In this document: positions 31,064-38,212 of the stretch, piece by piece
Layout of the letters: each line of letters begins with the position of its first letter
Position numbering within the stretch: position 1 is the stretch's first letter
Assembly: GCA_036554665.1 (NCBI GenBank)
Contig: DATBMU010000035.1
Location: forward strand, 1 to 39,656
From: Actinomycetota bacterium
GTDB lineage: Bacteria; Actinomycetota; UBA4738; HRBIN12
Length of the DNA stretch: 39,656 nucleotides
Direction of reading: 5' to 3'
Position numbers and translations under genes: made by a program
The notes under the pieces: generated by a model
What the model was told of the DNA's origin: nothing
Seen by the model: only the letters and a program-made list of their open reading frames with translations
The model's database searches: none

Positions 31064-31465
31064 TCAGGGGACCAGCACCACTGCGGTGTGTGCCTCCACC
31101 GCGCGACCGAGTCGGTCATCCGAGGTGAGCAACTCGGCATCGATCACCTCGGCGAGCGCGACGTAGGTCGCGTCGTACGCGGAGAAGTTGGCTCTGAGAT
31201 CGAGCATCCGCCCCCCGAGTGAGGCATGGCCGTGCCTGGTCAGCGGCAGATCCAGGTAGTCCTCGAGCGCCTCGGTAGCGCGACCCTCGGTCAGGGAGCG
31301 CCGGATCATCGCTCCACGCAACCCCGAAACGATCTCGACATCGCACAGCGCCGGGACGTGGAGGTCGACGTCCGGCAGTCGGATGGTGTCGCGTACGCGA
31401 TGCATCGAGCCGGTTCCCAGCAGGTAGTCGAGCAACGCCGACGCATCGGGGACGACGATCCTCAG
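31064..31465 (-). CDS. vapC: PIN-domain toxin VapC
   Basis: The track ORF (TTG 31435) lacks the first catalytic Asp. In-frame upstream codons read L-R-I-V-V-P-D-A-S-A, the canonical VapC N-terminus. CTG 31463-31465 overlaps the vapB stop (CTGA). With this start all four PIN acidic residues are present (PDAS, DVEIV, AYDATY, TSDDRL). Confidence 0.75.
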   Translation of the reverse strand: MRIVVPDASALLDYLLGTGSMHRVRDTIRLPDVDLHVPALCDVEIVSGLRGAMIRRSLTEGRATEALEDYLDLPLTRHGHASLGGRMLDLRANFSAYDATYVALAEVIDAELLTSDDRLGRAVEAHTAVVLVP

Positions 31466-31701
31466 GAGGCCTCCCGGCGCTGCCGCTCCTCTCGGATGAG
31501 CTCCGACGTCCGGCGATCCAGCTTCACCGGCGCTCGTGCCTCGATCCGATCGAACACCTCGGAGGCCGGTGGCCTGGCCACCTCACGTTCCAGGATGTCC
31601 TGGATGTAGTCGGTCAGGGCCTGGCCACGCGCCTTGGCACGCCTCCTGAGCTCGCGATGAAGGCGATCCGGGACGTTCCGCACCTGGATCATCTTCGACA
31701 T
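31462..31701 (-). CDS. vapB: Ribbon-helix-helix antitoxin (VapB/FitA-like)
   Basis: 79 aa. MIQVRNVPDRLHRELRRRAKARGQALTDYIQDIL is a typical RHH N-terminus. Lies directly upstream of and overlapping the PIN gene. Confidence 0.8.
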   Translation of the reverse strand: MSKMIQVRNVPDRLHRELRRRAKARGQALTDYIQDILEREVARPPASEVFDRIEARAPVKLDRRTSELIREERQRREAS

Positions 31702-31731
31702 GTGGGGAGCATGTCACATGTGTTGAGCATG
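31698..31731 (-). promoter_or_regulatory. Repeat/palindrome cluster abutting the vapB start codon (candidate operator)
   Basis: GAGCATG at 31707-31713 and 31725-31731 flank the perfect palindrome CACATGTG (31715-31722). CATGT recurs at 31699, 31710 and 31717. There is no room for an SD before ATG 31701. Confidence 0.4.
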
Positions 31732-31835
31732 GGCAAGCCCGAGGATTCCGCCAAGCGGCGAGGAGATGGTTCGCTCACCGTTCAGTTCACGACCACACGG
31801 ACATCGCACGGTGCGTGAACCCGTGCTCGTGGTGC

Positions 31836-32114
31836 TCACCGACGCCGTCGAGGTCGGCCGTAGGCGACGCCTCTGTGACGGATCGCTCGCACGATGACGC
31901 GCCGTCGAGCCGTGCCTCCCTCGATCGTGTACAGGGTCCGGTAGTTGCCCACGCGGCACGACCATAGGCCTCGCAGTCGTCCACGCAGTTGCCTGCCGGA
32001 CTCCTCGGGGTCGACCTCCAGGACAGTGAGCGTCTCGACGACCGCCTCTTGGATCGTCCGTGGCAGGGCCGCCAGATCCTGTTCGGCCCGGCGGGTGAGG
32101 AGCAGCCTAGGCAA
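31836..32114 (-). CDS. RelE/ParE-family toxin
   Basis: 92 aa, TTG start overlapping the antitoxin stop by 8 nt. AEQDLAALP ... LRGRLRGLWSCRVGNYRTLYTIEG ... VIVRAIRHR. Confidence 0.8.
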   Translation of the reverse strand: MPRLLLTRRAEQDLAALPRTIQEAVVETLTVLEVDPEESGRQLRGRLRGLWSCRVGNYRTLYTIEGGTARRRVIVRAIRHRGVAYGRPRRRR

Positions 32115-32379
32115 GGCCGAGGTCTCGTCTGACCTCGCGGAGCGTCCCCAGCCGGCCGGCCTTCACGTCTTCCTCGCTCTCCCGGAGGGCTTCCAGGACG
32201 TCCTCGTCCTGCAAGATCTCCAGTGTCTCCTCGAGGACCTCTTGCTCGTCGGCCGGGACGAGGATGGCGGTCGGCCGTCCGTTGCGCGTGATGATGACGT
32301 GCTCGTGGCGCCGCTCCAGCTCGTCGAGGAGCTCGCTGAGCCTGGCTCGTGCCTCCGTCAGCGGAACCGTCTTCGCCAT
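32107..32379 (-). CDS. Phd/YefM-family antitoxin
   Basis: MAKTVPLTEARARLSELLDELERRHEHVIITRNGRPTAILVP ... ETLEIL. Confidence 0.85.
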   Translation of the reverse strand: MAKTVPLTEARARLSELLDELERRHEHVIITRNGRPTAILVPADEQEVLEETLEILQDEDVLEALRESEEDVKAGRLGTLREVRRDLGLA

Positions 32380-32387
32380 CAGGGGCG

Positions 32388-32407
32388 AGTGTACAGAATC
32401 CTGTCCA
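32388..32407 (-). promoter_or_regulatory. TGTACA-core operator-like half-sites and -10-like hexamer upstream of the Phd/YefM gene
   Basis: TGTACA (32390-32395) and TGTCCA (32402-32407), 12 bp centre to centre. Minus-strand TACACT (32388-32393) ends 8 nt before the ATG, which implies a leaderless or near-leaderless mRNA. Confidence 0.45.
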
Positions 32408-32452
32408 ACGGGGGAACCCCAGGATAAGGCTCGACGGGGGTCGGGACTGTCA

Positions 32453-34090
32453 TCAGCCTCCGGGCGCCGCGGCCGCCGGGTCGCGTGCCGAACCGGGTGG
32501 CTCCTCCGGGATCCGCCGCGTGAAGTACAACGCGATCATCGCGAACACGGCGAGCAGGGACAGGGCCGTGCGGAGGCCGGCCAGCCTCGCCTGGCCGTAC
32601 TCGTCCTCGATCGCCGCCGACGTCTGTTCGTCCACCCCTGCATCCTCGAGCGCCGACGCGAGGTCGGCGTCGGAGATGAACTGGATCCCGCTCGCGAGCT
32701 CGACGTTGGCCTGACGGACCACCTCGGGCGGGACGTCCGGGTTCGCCGCGATCCCGCTCAGGAACGACGTGGTGAGGGCCCCGATCAGCACCGACCCGGC
32801 GAGCGCGGTCCCGAGCGAGGCGCCGAACTGCGACGCGGTGTTCTGGAGCCCGCCCACCTCGGGGCTCAGCTCCTCGGGCGCTGCCGAGACGGTGACGGCA
32901 CCCAGCTGCGAGGCGAGGGCGCCCATGCCGAGACCGACCAGGAGCAGCGGCACGGTCACCACGCCGGCGCTCGCATCGGCGTCCAGCGCGCCGATCAGCG
33001 CGACGATCCCGACGAGCACGGCGATGAACCCCAGGGCTACCACCCGCCGTGGTGAGGCCGTCGGGAAGAACCTGGGGACGCCCGCGGCCGCGAGGAGCAT
33101 CGTCACCGAGAGCGGCGTGAGCTTGATCCCGGTGTCGATCGCCGACAGGCCGAGCGCGACCGACAGGAACAGCGGCATGACGAAGAAGACGCCCATCATC
33201 ACGACGAACTGGAAGAAGAACATGAGCAGCCCGCCGTTCAGCTTCTGGTCGATCAACGACGGGCTGAACAGCGGCTCCTTGCCGGCTTCGACCAGACGGC
33301 GGACGTGCATGCCGAACAGCCGGAGCGAGACGAGGCCCGCGATGATCAGCCAGAGCACGGGCGACATGCCGAACACCGACGGCGCGTCCGCCGAGGGGAT
33401 GAACCATCCCCACTCGCCGGACTTCAGCACGGCAATCACGATCAGGCCCATCCCGACCGCCCACAGCACGGCGCCCAGGAGGTCGAGGTGCGGCCGCTGG
33501 TCGACGGGCGCATCGGTCATCCGGCGCGAGAACACGAAGATCCCCACCCCGACCAGGACCTCGCCGGCGAACACCCATCGCCAGGACGCGTACGTCGTCG
33601 CGAGCCCTCCGATCAGCGGCCCGACGGCGATCGCGATCGCGCCGGCCGCCCCGACCAGGCCGTAGGCCCGAGGCCGTCCCTGTGGCGGGAAATTCCCCGC
33701 GACGAGCGCGACGATCGCCGGCATGATCAGGGCCGCCCCGATCCCCTCGAGCACCGACCAGCCGAGGAGCAGGACGCCGAGGTTCGGCGCGAGCGCCGTG
33801 GTGAGCGAGCCCGTGCAGTAGATCAGCAGCCCGATCAGGAACGCCCGCTTGCGGCCGATCATCGAGCCGACCTTGCCGCCCGTGACCATCAACATCGCCA
33901 TCACGAGCGTGTACAGGACGATCGCGCTCTGGATCCCGGTGATCGACGTGTCGAGGTCGTCGGCGACGGTCGCGATCGAGACGTTCATGACCGAGCTGTC
34001 GAGGGCCATGAGGAACTGCCCCGCGCACAGCGTTAACAGCACCGCGCTCCCGGCCGCCGCCCGCTCGCTCCTGGTCGTGGTCTCAGTCAT
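32453..34090 (-). CDS. MFS transporter, DHA2 (EmrB/QacA, 14-TMS) family
   Basis: Start ATG 34090 (MTETTT). LCAGQFLMALDSSVMNVSI, motif A GKVGSMIGRKRAFLIG, and 14 hydrophobic segments. Confidence 0.85.
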   Translation of the reverse strand: MTETTTRSERAAAGSAVLLTLCAGQFLMALDSSVMNVSIATVADDLDTSITGIQSAIVLYTLVMAMLMVTGGKVGSMIGRKRAFLIGLLIYCTGSLTTALAPNLGVLLLGWSVLEGIGAALIMPAIVALVAGNFPPQGRPRAYGLVGAAGAIAIAVGPLIGGLATTYASWRWVFAGEVLVGVGIFVFSRRMTDAPVDQRPHLDLLGAVLWAVGMGLIVIAVLKSGEWGWFIPSADAPSVFGMSPVLWLIIAGLVSLRLFGMHVRRLVEAGKEPLFSPSLIDQKLNGGLLMFFFQFVVMMGVFFVMPLFLSVALGLSAIDTGIKLTPLSVTMLLAAAGVPRFFPTASPRRVVALGFIAVLVGIVALIGALDADASAGVVTVPLLLVGLGMGALASQLGAVTVSAAPEELSPEVGGLQNTASQFGASLGTALAGSVLIGALTTSFLSGIAANPDVPPEVVRQANVELASGIQFISDADLASALEDAGVDEQTSAAIEDEYGQARLAGLRTALSLLAVFAMIALYFTRRIPEEPPGSARDPAAAAPGG

Positions 34091-34256
34091 CCCCCGCCTC
34101 GATCCGATCGGCGGAGACGATACCCGAGGTTCCACCCATGGCGGGAACGGCGGGCTCGCGGTCCGCCGCAGGGCCTTCGGGTCGGTGGCCCAGAGGCCAT
34201 CGGCCCTGGCCGCCTGCGCGACGAGCGCGAAGCATCGCGGCCGGAAGGAGGTCTCG

Positions 34257-34802
34257 ATGGCTATCGATTCGAAGACATCGTTGGAGGTGCCCGCCGTCCA
34301 GATCGATCGGCCGGAGCCTGAAGGGATCGGGGAGTCGCGCTACCTGTTCGCCGGGATCGCCGTCCTGGCGATCTGGTTGGCGGCCGCTGCGGCGAGCATC
34401 TGGTCGCCGGATCTCGTCAGCGGCACGCAACAGGAGCACATCCCGCTCGCCGCGATCTTCGACTGGTTCTACGCGGCGCTCGCGACCGGTCTGGTGTTGA
34501 TGGCGTTCGGTCGGCGCTCTCCGGGCGCGAGCCGATCGTTGTGGCTGGGGTTCACCGTCGCCGTCGCCGGCATCTGGTTCGTGGTCGCGGTGGCGAGCAT
34601 CTTCGCGCCCTCGATCGAGACCGGCAGCGACCCGACGACGCTCCCGATCGCGGCGCTGGCGACTCCGATCGCAGGCGTGATCACCACCGCGTTCGTGTCG
34701 GTGTTCGTGGCGGGAAGCGCCGGCGAGTCGAGCGGTAGCGTCACCGGCGATCCGCGCGTCGCGGTTCTGACTGCTCGGGGCGGTCGACCCGTCCCGTCCT
34801 AG
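34257..34802 (+). CDS. 4-TM membrane protein with an internal 2-TM duplication (hypothetical)
   Basis: GGAAGGAGG (34243-34251) 5 nt before ATG 34257. 181 aa with two similar halves (see findings). Confidence 0.65.
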   Translation: MAIDSKTSLEVPAVQIDRPEPEGIGESRYLFAGIAVLAIWLAAAAASIWSPDLVSGTQQEHIPLAAIFDWFYAALATGLVLMAFGRRSPGASRSLWLGFTVAVAGIWFVVAVASIFAPSIETGSDPTTLPIAALATPIAGVITTAFVSVFVAGSAGESSGSVTGDPRVAVLTARGGRPVPS

Positions 34803-36541
34803 GACGATCGAGGGCCGTCGTCGGGTTCGGACGGCCCCGCGTCCATCGGCAGGTCGGCGAGCGCCTGCTCGATCGAGTCGTAGAAGCGGTCTCGGTCGAT
34901 CGTCTCGTGCAGACCGTAGCGGAAGACGAGGTCCTGGAGCCGGTGCCGGAGCTCGACGAACGCGAGGTGGACGCCTTGGGCGTTCAGCTCGAGGTCCAGC
35001 CGCTCGAGCATGTCGGCCGCGGTGACGTCGATGTCGGTGACGGCCTCGCACTGGAGCACCACCCACCGCGGGTGCTCCATCCGGACGAGCCGCCGAACGG
35101 CCTGACGGAAGATGCCGCTGTTGGCGAAGAAGAGCGGTGCGCCCCAGCGGAAGATGACGATGCCGGGCGGACGCACGGCGTCGGGGAACCGCTCCAGGCT
35201 GTGCCACCCCTCGAGCCCGACGACGCGGCCGAGCACCGCGCCGCGCGGCCACCAGCTCCGCCGGAAGAACTGGAGGATCGAGAGCACCACCGCGAGCAGG
35301 ATGCCCTCGAGCACGCCGAGCAGCACCACGCCGATCGTGGCGGTCACCGACAGGAGCAGCGCGGACCGTCGCACCCGGAAGTACGTTCGGAGCCGGGCCA
35401 CCGACGCGAGCGAGATCGCCGCCGAGATGACCACGGCGGCGAGCGCGGTCTGCGGCAGGTTCCGCAGCAGTCCCGGCAGGAACACCAGGAGGAGCGCCAC
35501 GATGCCGGCCCCGACGAGTCCCGTGACCTGGCTCCTGGATCCCGCCGACTCCGCCACGGCGCTTCGCGACCCGCTGACGGAGACCGCGAACCCCTGGAAC
35601 AGCCCCGCCGCGACGTTCGACGAGCCGACGCCGATCAGCTCCTGGTTCGGATCCACCTCGTCGCCCCGGCGGGCGGCGAAGCTGGTGGACGTGGCGATCG
35701 TGTCGGTGAGCGAGACGAGCACGATACCGACCGCGGCCGCGAGCAGCGGCCCCACGTCGGAGACCTGCGTCCACGGGATCTCCGGGGCCGGGAGCCCCTG
35801 TGGGAGGGTCCCCACCACGTCGACGCCCTCCGAGGCGAGGTCGAGCAGGCCGACGGCGGCGGTCGCGCCGACCACGGCCACGAGGACGGCCGGCACCTTC
35901 TTCGACACCCGCGGGATCAGGAGCAGCACCGCGAGCGTGGCGAGCCCGAGCACGAGCGTGGTGGCGTCCGTCCCGTCGAGGCCGGTGACGAACGCCTCGA
36001 CCTCCTCGACGAAGCCGTCGGCGTCGGTCGAGAAGCCGAACAGCTTGGGGAGCTGGCCGACCACGATCGTGATCGCGAGCCCGTTCATGTACCCGATCTG
36101 GACCTCCTGCGAGAGCAGGTCCGCGACGAACCCGAGCTTCGCGAGCCCGAGGACGATCTCGATCGCGCCGACGAACAGGGCGAGCATCCCCGCGAGCGCG
36201 ATCGCCTCGTCCACACCGCCGCCGGCCACGAGCGGGACGATGGCCGCGAAGATCAGCGGTGATACCGACGAGTCCGGGCCGAGCACGAGGACGCGCGAGG
36301 GCCCCATCAGGGCGTAGCCGACGAGGCAGGCGACGGTCGTGTACAGGCCGGTCACGGGGGGAAGCCCGGCGAGCTCGGCGTACGCCATCCCCTGCGGCAC
36401 GAGGATCGCGGCCAGGACCACGCCGGCGACGAGGTCTGGGCCGAACCAGCTCCGACGGTAGGTGGCCGCCGTCCGCAATCCCGGCACCCAACGCTGCAGC
36501 CCGGTCGGGCCGACCTGATCTCCGAGTGTCTGCGCGCTCAC
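34799..36541 (-). CDS. SulP-family anion permease with a C-terminal STAS domain
   Basis: LVAGVVLAAILVPQGMAYAELAGLPPVTGLYT, and the STAS tail VVLQCEAVTDIDVTAADMLERL. Start is uncertain: GTG 36541 is preferred, with ATG 36586 as the alternative. Confidence 0.85.
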   Translation of the reverse strand: MSAQTLGDQVGPTGLQRWVPGLRTAATYRRSWFGPDLVAGVVLAAILVPQGMAYAELAGLPPVTGLYTTVACLVGYALMGPSRVLVLGPDSSVSPLIFAAIVPLVAGGGVDEAIALAGMLALFVGAIEIVLGLAKLGFVADLLSQEVQIGYMNGLAITIVVGQLPKLFGFSTDADGFVEEVEAFVTGLDGTDATTLVLGLATLAVLLLIPRVSKKVPAVLVAVVGATAAVGLLDLASEGVDVVGTLPQGLPAPEIPWTQVSDVGPLLAAAVGIVLVSLTDTIATSTSFAARRGDEVDPNQELIGVGSSNVAAGLFQGFAVSVSGSRSAVAESAGSRSQVTGLVGAGIVALLLVFLPGLLRNLPQTALAAVVISAAISLASVARLRTYFRVRRSALLLSVTATIGVVLLGVLEGILLAVVLSILQFFRRSWWPRGAVLGRVVGLEGWHSLERFPDAVRPPGIVIFRWGAPLFFANSGIFRQAVRRLVRMEHPRWVVLQCEAVTDIDVTAADMLERLDLELNAQGVHLAFVELRHRLQDLVFRYGLHETIDRDRFYDSIEQALADLPMDAGPSEPDDGPRSS

Positions 36542-36593
36542 AGTCCCCCCGATCCGGTGAACCGTACCGCGGCCGACGGGTAGCATCCGAGCC

Positions 36594-37286
36594 GTGTCGG
36601 ACGAGGAACGGGCGGAGCGAGGGACGGGCGACGCGACGAGACCGGCATCCGCCGCGGAACGGCTGGCGGCCAGGGTCCAGCGCGCGAGGGTCCCGCTCCG
36701 ATCGACCGCGTCGGCCGTCCTGCGCCACATCGGGCGGTTGGACGTGGCCGTCTACCAAGCGGTTGCCGCCACCCCGACCCCCTCGCTCGACGGGCCGCTC
36801 CGGCGCCTGACCGGCTGGGCGAACAACTCCAAGCTCTGGCTCGCGATCGCCGCCGGCCTGTTCGCGGTGGGGGGCAAGCCGGGGCGGCGCGCCGCGATCA
36901 CGGGCGTCGTCGCCATCGGCGTGAACTCGGCGGTCGTGAACCTGCCGCTCAAGCTCTCGAGCGGGCGCTCCCGACCCGATCGCGAGGCGGCAAGTGTCCC
37001 GGAGGAGCGACGCGTCCCGATGCCGACCTCGACGTCGTTCCCCTCCGGACACTCGGCGTCCGGCTTCGCCTTCGCCGACGCCGTGGCCACCACGTTGCCG
37101 GCGGTCGCCGTGCCCCTCCGTGGTCTGGCGGCCGTCGTGGCGTACTCACGGGTACATAGCGGCGTGCACTACCCCGGCGACGTGATCGGGGGAGCGTTGA
37201 TCGGCGCGACGATCGGTGAGGCGACCGGGAGCCTCGCTCGACGCGTGATCCGCCGGGGCGAGCGATCCCGGACCGCATCCGCATGA
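36594..37286 (+). CDS. PAP2-family (acid/lipid) phosphatase, membrane-bound
   Basis: KLSSGRSRP (KxxxxxxRP), FPSGHS, SRVHSGVHYPGD. Confidence 0.8.
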   Translation: MSDEERAERGTGDATRPASAAERLAARVQRARVPLRSTASAVLRHIGRLDVAVYQAVAATPTPSLDGPLRRLTGWANNSKLWLAIAAGLFAVGGKPGRRAAITGVVAIGVNSAVVNLPLKLSSGRSRPDREAASVPEERRVPMPTSTSFPSGHSASGFAFADAVATTLPAVAVPLRGLAAVVAYSRVHSGVHYPGDVIGGALIGATIGEATGSLARRVIRRGERSRTASA

Positions 37287-38209
37287 ACCTGCTGCGCAGC
37301 GTGGTCCTGTGGGCGGCGGACAACGTGTGGCTTCGCGAGCACCTGCCGCGGTACCGGTTCGTCCGTCGGAGCGTCGCGCGGTTCATGCCCGGCGAACGGG
37401 TCGACGACGCCCTCGACGCCGCCGCCCAGCTCGGGACCCAGGGCGTGCCGACGACGTTCACCGCGCTCGGCGAGAACGTGACGACGGCGGACGAGGCCGG
37501 ACGGGTCCGCCAGCACTACCAGGACGCCTACGATCGGGTCGTCGAGCGCGGGCTCGACACCGAGATCTCCGTGAAGCCGACCCACCTCGGCCTCGACGTC
37601 GACCGGGACCTGGCCGCGAGGAACCTCGCGCGCCTGGCCGAGCTGGCGGGCGGGCGGGGGAACTGGCTCTGGCTCGACATGGAGTCGAGCTCCTACGTCG
37701 AGGCGACCGTGGAGCTCTACCGCGAGCTCCGCACGACGCACCCCAACACCGGCATCTGCCTCCAGGCGTACCTGCGCCGGACCGCCGGCGACGTCGAGTC
37801 GCTCCTGCCGCTCGACCCGTCGGTGCGGCTCGTGAAGGGCGCTTACAAGGAGCCGCCGGACCTGTTGGTCGGCGGCCGCGCGCTGGTCGACGAGTCCTTC
37901 CGCGTGCTGTCGCTCCGGCTCCTCGAGGCGGGGGGGCCGAACGGGCGCGTCGTGCTCGGGACCCACGACCTCGACCTGATCGAGCGGATCGAGGGCGACG
38001 CGGCGGTGCGAGGTCTCGGGCGGGACGCGTTCGAGGTGGCGATGCTGTTCGGGATCCGGGCCGCCGACCAGGTGCGCCTGGCCGGCGAGGGTTATCGCGT
38101 CCGGACGCTGATCGCCTACGGCTCCTACTGGTACCCGTGGTTCATGCGCCGGATCGCCGAGAAGCCTGTCGAGAACACGCTCCTCGCGCTGCGCAACCTC
38201 CTCGGCTGA
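37283..38209 (+). CDS. Monofunctional proline dehydrogenase
   Basis: ATG 37283 overlaps the PAP2 stop (ATGA). FTALGENV, ISVKPTHLGL, LDMESS, CLQAYLRRT, RLVKGAY, AYGSYWYPWFMRRIAEKP. Confidence 0.8.
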   Translation: MNLLRSVVLWAADNVWLREHLPRYRFVRRSVARFMPGERVDDALDAAAQLGTQGVPTTFTALGENVTTADEAGRVRQHYQDAYDRVVERGLDTEISVKPTHLGLDVDRDLAARNLARLAELAGGRGNWLWLDMESSSYVEATVELYRELRTTHPNTGICLQAYLRRTAGDVESLLPLDPSVRLVKGAYKEPPDLLVGGRALVDESFRVLSLRLLEAGGPNGRVVLGTHDLDLIERIEGDAAVRGLGRDAFEVAMLFGIRAADQVRLAGEGYRVRTLIAYGSYWYPWFMRRIAEKPVENTLLALRNLLG

Positions 38210-38212
38210 GCC

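Noticed and set aside
31785-31820. GTTCACG ... CGTGAAC inverted repeat downstream of the RelE/ParE gene as a terminator
   Set aside because: The stem is only 7 bp with a 22-nt loop and no U-tract, so the evidence is marginal.
31032-32452. Calling the TA region an integrated mobile element with att sites
   Set aside because: There is no integrase, recombinase or transposase. The best direct-repeat candidate shares only 8 nt (CGCTCACC, within 31768-31779) with the tRNA 3' end, which could easily be chance. I report it only as a possible islet.
34083-37052. 989-aa ORF on the minus strand spanning the MFS start, the duplicated membrane gene, SulP and PAP2
   Set aside because: The translation is Arg/Gly/Pro/Asp-rich low complexity with no recognisable domain. 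It runs off-frame or antisense through four genes that have clear family motifs. This is the long shadow ORF expected when stop codons are rare in very GC-rich DNA.
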